Shown: piece after piece, positions 26,884-34,380 of the stretch | Layout of the letters: the number at the start of each line of letters is the position of its first letter | Numbering within the stretch: position 1 is the stretch's first letter | From: a virus | Taxonomy: Duplodnaviria; Heunggongvirae; Uroviricota; Caudoviricetes | Virus record (IMG/VR): IMGVR_UViG_2671180849_000019 | Length of the DNA: 34,380 nucleotides | Strand: one strand, 5' to 3' | Position numbers and translations under genes: made by a program | Notes under the pieces: model-generated | The model's input: the letters and a program-made list of their open reading frames with translations, nothing else | Databases searched by the model: none | What the model was told of the DNA's origin: nothing

Positions 26884-29298
26884 TTAATACAGGTTCCGCC
26901 ACTTATCATCTTCCTGCAAACGCTGGTTCCGATAGAAGATACGCAGGCCTGCTCCTGACGGAATACTGCCGCCGCGAAGGAGTAAATCGACCTCTTTCTC
27001 GCTGCCATCAAATCCCCTGGACTTCAGTTCATACACGAGCTGCTGTCGCTGATGATCTGTAATTCGCTGTTTGTAGTCTTTACGCCGTTTCGGTTTCACC
27101 AGGCGTAACCTTGCTGCCAGTTCCCGGCGCTCTTTTTTGCTCATACTGTGCAGGTAATCGTGCAACTCCTTGTCATCCATACGGGTGATATCAGTTCTGG
27201 TATCTCCATCAGCTGATTTGTCTTTCCCTTGTTGGTACAAATTTTCAGCAAGGGGACAGTTATTGCCACGAGTCCAAGGGGCGCAAGCGCCCTGGTCGGC
27301 TGCCGCCTCCTGAACGTCAACGGCCTTACGAACCATTTTCCACTTCACTGCATGAGTGCAGATCTTGCCCTCTGCAATGGGTGACCAGATGCCATAAATA
27401 CGAATGCCGTGATCGCCATAGGCTGTCGGCTCTTCGTTGATTTCATAAGCGGTTCTGATCAAGTGATATTTGCGGGGAACCAACACGCCGCCCTGCTTCA
27501 TAATGTAGGTGGCAAAACAGCCAGCATCAGCAGCAGCCAGAATGGCATCAAGGCGCGGGTTATCCAGTACCGGAGCACCTGCTTTTTTGTCACCCTGTTG
27601 CCTTGCCGCCTGACCAGCCAGCAATCGCAGTTCACGGTAAGCCTGACGCCCCGGAATGCCAAAGAAGCGGAATTGCTGAACACGATGCAGAGACGCCCAG
27701 ACATTAACGTATTCAGCGTTATCACGCAGAGATTTACCCGTTTCCTTGCTGATCTCGCCAGCCAGACCACGCCCGTCAATGTTCTTACTGATATATTTCG
27801 CGATGTAGCTTGTCGGCGTTCCTTTGCGCGGGTTAATCAACTCAGACTTAAAGCGCGGCCCAGTGTTATTGCCCAGCTCCTCGCGGTCTTCACGGATGGC
27901 AAACTTACGCAGTAATGCAGTGATGGCGCGGCGGTCTTTTTTGCGCATAAAACACAACAGGTGCCAGTGAACTGTACCGTCATGATGCGGCTCAGCCACC
28001 CGCACGCCATACCAGCGCAATCCGGCTTTGTGCATCGCCTTACGAAATGCAGCAAACATGCCGACCAGATAGTCGCTGCTTTGTCTTACCGTCGAGTTTG
28101 TCCAGGTCGGGTTGGGTCTGCCGTTATTGAGCGTGGAATGGAAACGCGACGGACAGGTGATAGTGTAGAAAACGGCGCAGTCACTGCGCATTTCCGCGAT
28201 AAGCTCCAGACCTTTAACACAGGCCATCATCTCATTGCGGCGATGCGCCGGGTTGCTGCTGCTGGCGTTTACCACATCTTCCATATCCAGCGTGTCGCCG
28301 TCTTCGTTCACCAGTTCATGAGAACGGAAAAACTCCAGCGACTTACGGCGCTGCTCACGTTTATGCATCACGGCTTCATAGCTGACATAGGGGGATGCTT
28401 TTTTGCTGACCAGGCAGACAGCACGCAACTGCTCTTCCCGCCATTCACAACGCATCTTCCATAATTTCCGATACCACCAGTCGGCACACAACATACGCGC
28501 CAACGAACCCGGAATGAGTTCATAGGGCACGGGTTTACGGCGGTTTCTTTTCCGACGGAGTTGCTCAAACGCAGGTGGGATGACATCCAGACGCAGGGTT
28601 TCCGCTGCCACCTTTTCCCATGTCTTGCGGATTTCTTCTGGCTTAACGTCATCGGTGGCATACAAATCACCACAAGCTGCATCAAGGCACATACTCATAT
28701 GCGCAGCTACCAGGGTGGACAGGCGTTTCACCTGATCCTGACTCATTTCAGGCAGGATCAGCAGGCCGTCCAGCCCTTCATGGCTTGCCATAAAGCGAAA
28801 AGATGCAGATAGCTGACTGTCGCGTACATGCTCCAGTCGTTCCAGACATGGCTTAATCGTCTCACGTAAATAGCGGGAATAAGCCTTTGGCTTGCCCAGG
28901 CTGCTGAAGTATTCAATACGTTGCATCAGCGGCTTGCTGATATGGGAAGGCTGGGCGTTGACGTCCGCCAGAATGACCATGTCTGAATTAAAACGCTGCT
29001 GCTCATGCGCCAGCTTTGCCCGGCTAATGAGCTTATCCTGCTCCATTTCGCGCTGGACAGGATCACGTGATTCATTAAAGAAATAACGCTCCCAGACCTG
29101 ATCACTCAGTGCCTCGCGGCGCAACTGTTCCTGCTCGTTATCGGCAGCGTACAGAGTGATCAGGTTTGAAAGCGTAGAAACCGGCGCAACTTCCGCCGGG
29201 TCCAGATAAGGGTTAATGGCCTTTTTCGGGCTGTTCCATGAGAATGCTGCAGCAGCCTCGTTAAAGCCGCAGCAGTTGTTCATATCGGCATGACTCAT
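26884..29298 (-). CDS. A: replication initiation protein gpA (rolling-circle endonuclease)
   Basis: 804-aa ORF in the P2/186 A position, upstream of the tum-like module. Confidence 0.85.
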   Translation of the reverse strand: MSHADMNNCCGFNEAAAAFSWNSPKKAINPYLDPAEVAPVSTLSNLITLYAADNEQEQLRREALSDQVWERYFFNESRDPVQREMEQDKLISRAKLAHEQQRFNSDMVILADVNAQPSHISKPLMQRIEYFSSLGKPKAYSRYLRETIKPCLERLEHVRDSQLSASFRFMASHEGLDGLLILPEMSQDQVKRLSTLVAAHMSMCLDAACGDLYATDDVKPEEIRKTWEKVAAETLRLDVIPPAFEQLRRKRNRRKPVPYELIPGSLARMLCADWWYRKLWKMRCEWREEQLRAVCLVSKKASPYVSYEAVMHKREQRRKSLEFFRSHELVNEDGDTLDMEDVVNASSSNPAHRRNEMMACVKGLELIAEMRSDCAVFYTITCPSRFHSTLNNGRPNPTWTNSTVRQSSDYLVGMFAAFRKAMHKAGLRWYGVRVAEPHHDGTVHWHLLCFMRKKDRRAITALLRKFAIREDREELGNNTGPRFKSELINPRKGTPTSYIAKYISKNIDGRGLAGEISKETGKSLRDNAEYVNVWASLHRVQQFRFFGIPGRQAYRELRLLAGQAARQQGDKKAGAPVLDNPRLDAILAAADAGCFATYIMKQGGVLVPRKYHLIRTAYEINEEPTAYGDHGIRIYGIWSPIAEGKICTHAVKWKMVRKAVDVQEAAADQGACAPWTRGNNCPLAENLYQQGKDKSADGDTRTDITRMDDKELHDYLHSMSKKERRELAARLRLVKPKRRKDYKQRITDHQRQQLVYELKSRGFDGSEKEVDLLLRGGSIPSGAGLRIFYRNQRLQEDDKWRNLY

Positions 29299-30152
29299 GC
29301 ACGTACTCCGTACACGGCAGAACTATCCACGCCACGCGAATAATCAAATCCCATCCAGCAGCGCGGCCCGGAAACAGCAATGATTTCTGTTGCTGATTTA
29401 CCCTCGCCAGCTGCCACACCGATGCTGCGTTTTACCTTGATATAGTGGTGAGTAAAATTGCGATACAGCGAACGGATCAGGGATGTGTCACTGTTAGAAA
29501 CAATGACTGGATGTCCTTCTGATGACCGATGTTCAAGAACGGATGCCAGGTGATACTGGTCATCTTCAGTGAAACCATCAGTGTGATAGCCGGAAAACGT
29601 ACCGTCATACGGCGGATCGCAATACACCACATCTCCCGCCTTCAACATCGCCAGCGTTTCATCAAAGCTGGCGCAGATAAACGTTGCTCGCTGGGCTTTT
29701 TCTGCAAATGTGCGAAGTTCTTTTTCAGGGAAATACGGATTTTTATAATTACCGTAGGGGATGTTGAAATGCCCGCTCTTGTTATAGCGACATAAACCAC
29801 GGTAACCGTGACGATTAAGATACAGGAAATATACCGCTTTCATGAAATCAGTAATTTCAGTTGAGCAGTTAAACTCCTGCCTTATGTTGTAATAAGCCAC
29901 CTCCCTGTTTGCGATCTCAAATAAAACTCTGGCGCGAGATATAAACGATTCACAATCAGCGGAAACCTTTTTATAGAGGTTGATTAAATCAGGATTAATA
30001 TCCGCAACCAGATAGCTGGGATAATCCGTTTCCATCATCACAGCACAGGAACCCGCGAAAGGTTCAACCAGTCGCGGGCCAGCAGGAAGGTATTTTTTCA
30101 GTTCTGGCATAATGGCGGTTTTATTTCCCGCCCATTTCAGGATGGTGCTCAT
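29295..30152 (-). CDS. DNA N6-adenine methyltransferase (Dam-like); start taken at [11 protein letters not shown]
   Basis: Motifs [16 protein letters not shown] (AdoMet binding) and [10 protein letters not shown] (catalytic DPPY). ATG overlaps the stop of the upstream TraR-like gene. Confidence 0.85.
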   Translation of the reverse strand: MSTILKWAGNKTAIMPELKKYLPAGPRLVEPFAGSCAVMMETDYPSYLVADINPDLINLYKKVSADCESFISRARVLFEIANREVAYYNIRQEFNCSTEITDFMKAVYFLYLNRHGYRGLCRYNKSGHFNIPYGNYKNPYFPEKELRTFAEKAQRATFICASFDETLAMLKAGDVVYCDPPYDGTFSGYHTDGFTEDDQYHLASVLEHRSSEGHPVIVSNSDTSLIRSLYRNFTHHYIKVKRSIGVAAGEGKSATEIIAVSGPRCWMGFDYSRGVDSSAVYGVRA

Positions 30153-30376
30153 ACAGCACCTCCGTTGTAATGTTTGCCTTTCAGTTCTGCGATTTCCTGA
30201 CAGGTAATGCAAAGCTGCACTCCCGGAATGGCGCGGCGTCGTGCTGGCGGAATTGGCGCTTCACATTCAATGCAAAGTACGCGTGACACGCCCGGTGATT
30301 TGGCACGGGCTGCACGGATATGGCGCTGGCGTTCTTCTTCAACGCGCTGCTGTACGAGATCCATTGCATCAGCCAT
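30149..30376 (-). CDS. TraR/DksA-family C4 zinc-finger protein
   Basis: 75 aa with CIECEAPIP...CITCQ (Cys-x2-Cys ... Cys-x2-Cys). Confidence 0.75.
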   Translation of the reverse strand: MADAMDLVQQRVEEERQRHIRAARAKSPGVSRVLCIECEAPIPPARRRAIPGVQLCITCQEIAELKGKHYNGGAV

Positions 30377-30615
30377 TAGTGGATCTCCTGCGCTTCGTTC
30401 TGGATTGCTTCAGCAGTCACGCGCAGCAGTTCTGCCGCTTCCACGTGGGTTAGCTGGCGGGATGTGATATGACACGCCAGGCTATCAAGGCGAGCAGCCA
30501 TTGCTTCAGCCCTTGCCCGGCGTTCTTCCAGACGAGCCTCTGTCAGTAAAATATTAAGCCCTGCGTCATCCGGTCCGGTTTTAGTCGTGAGGGTTTCAAT
30601 ATTACGCATAATCAA
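30376..30615 (-). CDS. hypothetical early protein
   Basis: 79-aa ORF, translationally coupled to the downstream gene, inside the early operon. Confidence 0.55.
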   Translation of the reverse strand: MIMRNIETLTTKTGPDDAGLNILLTEARLEERRARAEAMAARLDSLACHITSRQLTHVEAAELLRVTAEAIQNEAQEIH

Positions 30616-30676
30616 TTCTCCTGAATTTAGATAAAGGGATGCCCGGCGGGTTTACGCCATTAATTTCATTAGTTGG

Positions 30677-31018
30677 TTAATTCGGCATGGTTAGCCGTCT
30701 GGGAAATAAGCTCACCACTGCACGAAAATGATTCATTGCTTTAATCAGCTCCCGCTTTTCGTCAGTGGTCAGCTCATTAATGCTGATGCTATGACGTTCA
30801 GCTGGAATTTTTGCCATAAAGAATATGGCAGCCAGTGCCCGTTTATTTTGTTCATTATTGCTATCCCGTGGATCACGCATATCTTTAATAAACCGCTCAA
30901 GCTCTGACTCAATATTCAGGCCAAAAACTTTCGCCCTTAACTCTGCAATGTGATTAAGTCCATTCAGGCGTTCACCGGGGCTTAATGGAACAGTTGCTGC
31001 AGCGCCATTAATTGCCAT
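30677..31018 (-). CDS. hypothetical early protein
   Basis: 113-aa ORF in the early operon; no motif I can assign. Confidence 0.5.
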   Translation of the reverse strand: MAINGAAATVPLSPGERLNGLNHIAELRAKVFGLNIESELERFIKDMRDPRDSNNEQNKRALAAIFFMAKIPAERHSISINELTTDEKRELIKAMNHFRAVVSLFPRRLTMPN

Positions 31019-31040
31019 ACTTCATATCCCCCAAACGCAG

Positions 31041-31265
31041 CTATCGTTCTTTGTTCTTACGGTAACGCTCAAGAGGAGATACATTTTTTCGTATCGTCTC
31101 TTTAACCTGCTCTCCCCGTAAAAACGTCCCATCCTTTAACGTGAAAAAGTAACTGCCATCGCCCGACAATGACGGATAGCAACAGAGCAAATCATCTTCA
31201 GGTACTGAATAACTCTCCCCTCTGTAACGAAACTGATAAACCACTTCACTTTCTGCCGCATACAT
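31041..31265 (-). CDS. hypothetical early protein
   Basis: 74-aa ORF; overlaps the next ORF in another frame. Confidence 0.45.
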   Translation of the reverse strand: MYAAESEVVYQFRYRGESYSVPEDDLLCCYPSLSGDGSYFFTLKDGTFLRGEQVKETIRKNVSPLERYRKNKER

Positions 31266-31432
31266 TTGGACTTTCTCCGTTTCCTCGTGGTCAATTCAGA
31301 CAGCAATTCATCTTGTGAATGACATGGATGCCAGCGTTTTCCATCCTCACCCGTGATCCAGCCGTGACCGTAGTGCATTGCCGGGCTTTGTTTTACCAGC
31401 AGCGATGCAAATGATGGTTCTTTCGTCAGCAT
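31136..31432 (-). CDS. hypothetical early protein; extent uncertain (overlaps 31041-31265 in another frame)
   Basis: Open frame beginning MLTKEPSFASLLVKQ... directly downstream of cII. Either its distal half or the 74-aa ORF is likely non-coding, or there is a frameshift. Confidence 0.35.
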   Translation of the reverse strand: MLTKEPSFASLLVKQSPAMHYGHGWITGEDGKRWHPCHSQDELLSELTTRKRRKSKCMRQKVKWFISFVTEGRVIQYLKMICSVAIRHCRAMAVTFSR

Positions 31433-31439
31433 AAGCACC

Positions 31440-31958
31440 TCACAGCAAACCGAATGAAGCACCGAGGCCAGTCACGGTATCAACTGCACTCGCCATCGCA
31501 GGATTAGCCTGTAAACGGGCCTGCAATGAAACAGCAGCCAGCGCCATCAGTCGTGTTACAGAGTTAATGCTGCTGATAGCATCACGACGACCGGCACTAG
31601 TTTTTACATCACCAGATACCGCACCTGCTGCAACACGCCCGATCTCTGCAGTTGCGCTCATGACGTAATGCGGCAGTTTCTCTTTTGCTACCTCATTAAT
31701 CGGTACACATGGCAGACAATGAATCTGTGCCAGAAAACCATCTACCAACGTTGAATCTTCAGTCAGATCGGTAAGCAGCCAGATTTCTGGTGCGGTTAAT
31801 AAATGAGGTTGAGCTGGGTTCAGCTTGTTCCGCAGAATCTGCACATTCATGCCCGCACGTTCTGCCAGTTGCACCAGATTGTGGCGCAGTGTGAATGCAC
31901 GACAGGCTTCATCAAAATGTGGATGTTTGGAAACTTGGTAATCAAACATGGTTTTCAA
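31440..31958 (-). CDS. cII: CII-like transcriptional activator (phage 186 CII family)
   Basis: [19 protein letters not shown]...[21 protein letters not shown]...[24 protein letters not shown] matches 186 CII as recalled. Confidence 0.8.
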   Translation of the reverse strand: MKTMFDYQVSKHPHFDEACRAFTLRHNLVQLAERAGMNVQILRNKLNPAQPHLLTAPEIWLLTDLTEDSTLVDGFLAQIHCLPCVPINEVAKEKLPHYVMSATAEIGRVAAGAVSGDVKTSAGRRDAISSINSVTRLMALAAVSLQARLQANPAMASAVDTVTGLGASFGLL

Positions 31959-32013
31959 CTCCGAACTTATCGCAAAATCGAACTCAGCGTCTTATTGCGA
32001 AAATAGACGTCTA

Positions 32014-32217
32014 TTAAGCAGACAAAGCATCAACAGTCAGAGCAGCCATGTTAATCATTACCTTTTCACGTTTTTTGTCTTTACGAAGACGATGACGAGG
32101 TAGTCGGCCATCAGCCAACATGTCGTTAATCGTATCAATAGAAAGGCCAGTCAGTTCGCTATAACGTTCGATTGTGACATGTGGTGTATTCAGAGTAATT
32201 GAAATGTTAGGTGTCAT
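32014..32217 (-). CDS. apl: Apl/Cox-like excisionase and lytic-switch regulator
   Basis: 67-aa HTH protein, first gene of the leftward early operon, divergent from cI. Confidence 0.7.
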   Translation of the reverse strand: MTPNISITLNTPHVTIERYSELTGLSIDTINDMLADGRLPRHRLRKDKKREKVMINMAALTVDALSA

Positions 32218-32362
32218 AAGGCAACATTCCTTCTAGATATGGCTTGTGGCGAGCCGTTGTTTGTCGTGATTAGTAGTGAAGGCTCCAAAAGAACACTTCT
32301 GGTTCAACTTTAAGATCGCTTTTGGAATCTGTCAACGAATTTTGGATTTCTTTGGAGGACTT

Positions 32363-32932
32363 GTGGATTTCAATAGCGGCGGTAAGAAAGCCATAGAACG
32401 TTTAGTTGAAGCATATGGGTTCGGTACCCGTCAGGCTCTATGTGATCATTTAGGTGTTTCTAAGAGCACCATGGCAACGCGCTATATGCGTGATATTTTT
32501 CCAGCAGATTGGGTAATCCAGTGCGCCCTTGAAACGGGCACCTCGCTTAATTGGCTAACAACAGGGCATGGTTCAAAGCAAGCATCAGCAAATACAAATA
32601 CTATAGAAGTAGAAAAATATTTATTGTCTGATGGAGCATTGCAGAAAGACGGTTTTTATATTTTTGATAAGGGATTTCTACCCTCTACGTTTAAAAAACC
32701 TTTTGTCATCACAGATAACAATTCTGAATTTATTTGTGATAAAGAATTTGATGATATACGTGATGGTAAATGGGTAATAAGTATTGATGGCGAAATAACT
32801 ATCCGTGACATTACTCGTTTACCCGGTGGAAGAATCTTCGTCGAGGGTGGAAACAGAGCCTTCGAATGCAAGATAGAAGACATTGAAATAATTGGTAAAA
32901 TTATAAGTTTAACAGTCAAGTATGTTAAATAG
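32363..32932 (+). CDS. cI: CI immunity repressor (186 type); start uncertain
   Basis: EAYGF...CALETGTSLNWLTTGHG and a C-terminal domain resembling 186 CI. GTG at 32363 follows GGAGGA; the ORF track extends to GTG 32276. Confidence 0.75.
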   Translation: MDFNSGGKKAIERLVEAYGFGTRQALCDHLGVSKSTMATRYMRDIFPADWVIQCALETGTSLNWLTTGHGSKQASANTNTIEVEKYLLSDGALQKDGFYIFDKGFLPSTFKKPFVITDNNSEFICDKEFDDIRDGKWVISIDGEITIRDITRLPGGRIFVEGGNRAFECKIEDIEIIGKIISLTVKYVK

Positions 32933-32947
32933 TACCGGGAGGAAACT

Positions 32948-33139
32948 ATGCTTGGTAAGGTATTTTTTGTGGTTTTGTCATGTTCTTTGTTATTAAACCC
33001 ACTAACTACCTATGCTAGAAATTATCCCTGCTCAGGGAAAAAGGGAGGTGTTTCTCACTGTACCTCAGATGGCAAATTCGTTTGCAATGATGGAACTATT
33101 AGTAAATCCAAAAAAATCTGTACTAAAAACTCACGATAA
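32948..33139 (+). CDS. small secreted cysteine-rich protein (candidate lysogeny-expressed moron)
   Basis: GGGAGG RBS; N-terminal signal peptide [23 protein letters not shown] followed by about 40 residues with 4 Cys and many Lys. Sits between cI and int. Confidence 0.5.
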   Translation: MLGKVFFVVLSCSLLLNPLTTYARNYPCSGKKGGVSHCTSDGKFVCNDGTISKSKKICTKNSR

Positions 33140-33327
33140 CTTTTGCTTTTATATCTGCGTCTAAAATAAAAATGAGCCGCAGGTTAACCGCAAAAGTTAC
33201 ATGCTCACATAGCAAAAAGAATAGCCAACTTAATTATGGCTTCAGTGAGATGTATGGTCGTAGGATTTCATACATTGACACTGGTTATACATACAGTGAA
33301 AATGCTCTCTACTGGAGGGCATTTTTT

Positions 33328-34380
33328 ATGGCAGTACGAAAACTCACCACTGGGAAATGGCTTTGCGAATGTTACCCCGCCGGACGAAGTGGGCGTCGTG
33401 TGCGTAAACAATTCGTCACCAAAGGCGAAGCACTGGCTTTTGAGCGCCACACGATGGAAGAAACCGAAGCAAAGCCCTGGCTGGGTGAATCAGTGGATCG
33501 TCGAACACTGAAAGACGTGGTTGAGCTATGGTTCAAACTACATGGTAAATCTCTGACAGCTGGGCAGCATGTCTATGACAAATTGCTGTTGATGGTTGAC
33601 GCTCTGGGCAATCCTCTTGCAACCGATCTCACCTCTAAAATGTTTGCCCACTATCGAGATAAACGCCTGACAGGCGAGATCTACTTCAGCGAGAAATGGA
33701 AGAAAGGAGCAAGCCCGGTCACCATTAACCTGGAGCAAAGCTATCTAAGTAGTGTTTTTAGCGAACTATCCCGTCTGGGCGAATGGTCGTATCCGAACCC
33801 ACTGGAGAACATGCGAAAATTCACCATCGCAGAAAAAGAGATGGCATGGCTTACCCATGAGCAGATTGTTGAATTGCTGGCTGATTGCAAACGTCAGGAC
33901 CCAATTCTGGCACTGGTAGTTAAGATATGCTTAAGCACAGGCGCACGCTGGCGTGAAGCCGTAAATCTTACCCGCTCACAGGTGACCAAATACCGAATTA
34001 CCTTTGTCAGAACGAAGGGGAAGAAAAACAGAAGCATCCCTATCAGTAAAGAGCTTTACGAAGAGATCATGGCGCTTGATGGGTTCAATTTCTTCACAGA
34101 CTGCTATTTTCAATTTTTATCCGTGATGGAAAAAACGTCTATCGTACTCCCTCGCGGTCAACTCACACACGTTCTGCGCCATACGTTTGCGGCGCACTTC
34201 ATGATGTCGGGTGGAAACATTCTGGCCTTACAAAAAATTCTCGGACACCACGATATAAAAATGACTATGCGTTACGCACATCTGGCACCGGATCATCTGG
34301 AAACGGCGCTCCGTTTCAATCCTCTGGCAACGCTGCCAAGTGGCGACAAAGTGGCGGCAGCGGTTGGCATTACCCCGTAA
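33328..34380 (+). CDS. int: tyrosine integrase (P2/186 type)
   Basis: C-terminal catalytic region with ...RHTFAAHFMMSGG...LGHHDIKMTMRYAHL (R...HxxR...Y). Start at ATG 33328 after GGAGGG; the ORF-track start at 33172 is an upstream extension. Confidence 0.9.
   Translation: MAVRKLTTGKWLCECYPAGRSGRRVRKQFVTKGEALAFERHTMEETEAKPWLGESVDRRTLKDVVELWFKLHGKSLTAGQHVYDKLLLMVDALGNPLATDLTSKMFAHYRDKRLTGEIYFSEKWKKGASPVTINLEQSYLSSVFSELSRLGEWSYPNPLENMRKFTIAEKEMAWLTHEQIVELLADCKRQDPILALVVKICLSTGARWREAVNLTRSQVTKYRITFVRTKGKKNRSIPISKELYEEIMALDGFNFFTDCYFQFLSVMEKTSIVLPRGQLTHVLRHTFAAHFMMSGGNILALQKILGHHDIKMTMRYAHLAPDHLETALRFNPLATLPSGDKVAAAVGITP

Larger units (their letters stand above)
1..34380. mobile_element. P2/186-family temperate prophage (tail, head, lysis, replication and immunity/integration modules), in two blocks joined by an N-gap
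   Basis: Near-complete P2-like gene set recognisable by translation (FI, FII, E, T, U, D, H, I, J, W, V, S, R, lysis genes, X, L, M, N, O, P, Q, A, int) plus 186-like CI/Apl/CII and a LexA-boxed DinI-like module. Window ends exactly at the integrase stop codon. Confidence 0.9.

Noticed and set aside
32276-32362. ORF-track start of cI at GTG 32276 (218 aa)
   Set aside because: No RBS, and the extension (MKAPKEHFWFNF...) is not part of the 186 CI fold as recalled; GTG 32363 with GGAGGA is preferred, with low certainty.
33172-33327. N-terminal extension of the integrase ORF starting at 33172
   Set aside because: No RBS there, whereas ATG 33328 has GGAGGG upstream and gives an integrase of the usual P2/186 size.
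1-34380. CRISPR arrays, tRNA or rRNA genes, IS elements
   Set aside because: No regularly spaced direct repeats, cloverleaf-like sequences or transposase ORFs were seen on either strand.

Overview
The whole window is a P2/186-family temperate prophage of an enterobacterial host, scaffolded as two blocks around an 11-N gap (8306-8316). Left block (1-8305): an invertible tail-fibre cassette (two convergent tail-fibre-assembly genes and a silent fibre C-terminal cassette), a Pin/Gin/Cin/Hin-type serine DNA invertase, then the tail operon FI-FII-E(E')-T-U-D on the plus strand. D is cut by the gap and the tape-measure gene T carries an in-frame TGA. Right block (8317-34380): tail fibre H (cut by the gap), baseplate I-J-W-V, tail completion S-R, the lysis cassette, X, L, and head genes M-N-O on the minus strand, then terminase P and portal Q on the plus strand. 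Beyond Q lies a lower-GC cargo region with two divergent two-gene cassettes: a HipA-like kinase with a HIRAN-domain partner (uncharacterised, my top candidate for a new toxin-antitoxin or anti-phage module) and a SIR2-HerA defence pair. The 186-type early region follows: a LexA-boxed DinI/Tum-like module, replication gene A, a Dam-like methyltransferase, TraR-like and small early genes, CII, Apl, CI, a small secreted Cys-rich ORF, and integrase. A 384-bp segment (1068-1451) is repeated exactly at 8317-8700, and the identity stops at the central dinucleotide of a 26-bp invertase crossover site in both copies, so both junctions of a tail-fibre inversion switch are visible. Gene order across the gap does not match P2/186 synteny, so the two blocks are probably mis-oriented by the scaffold. 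All calls rest on reading the translations and motifs by eye; no database search was run.
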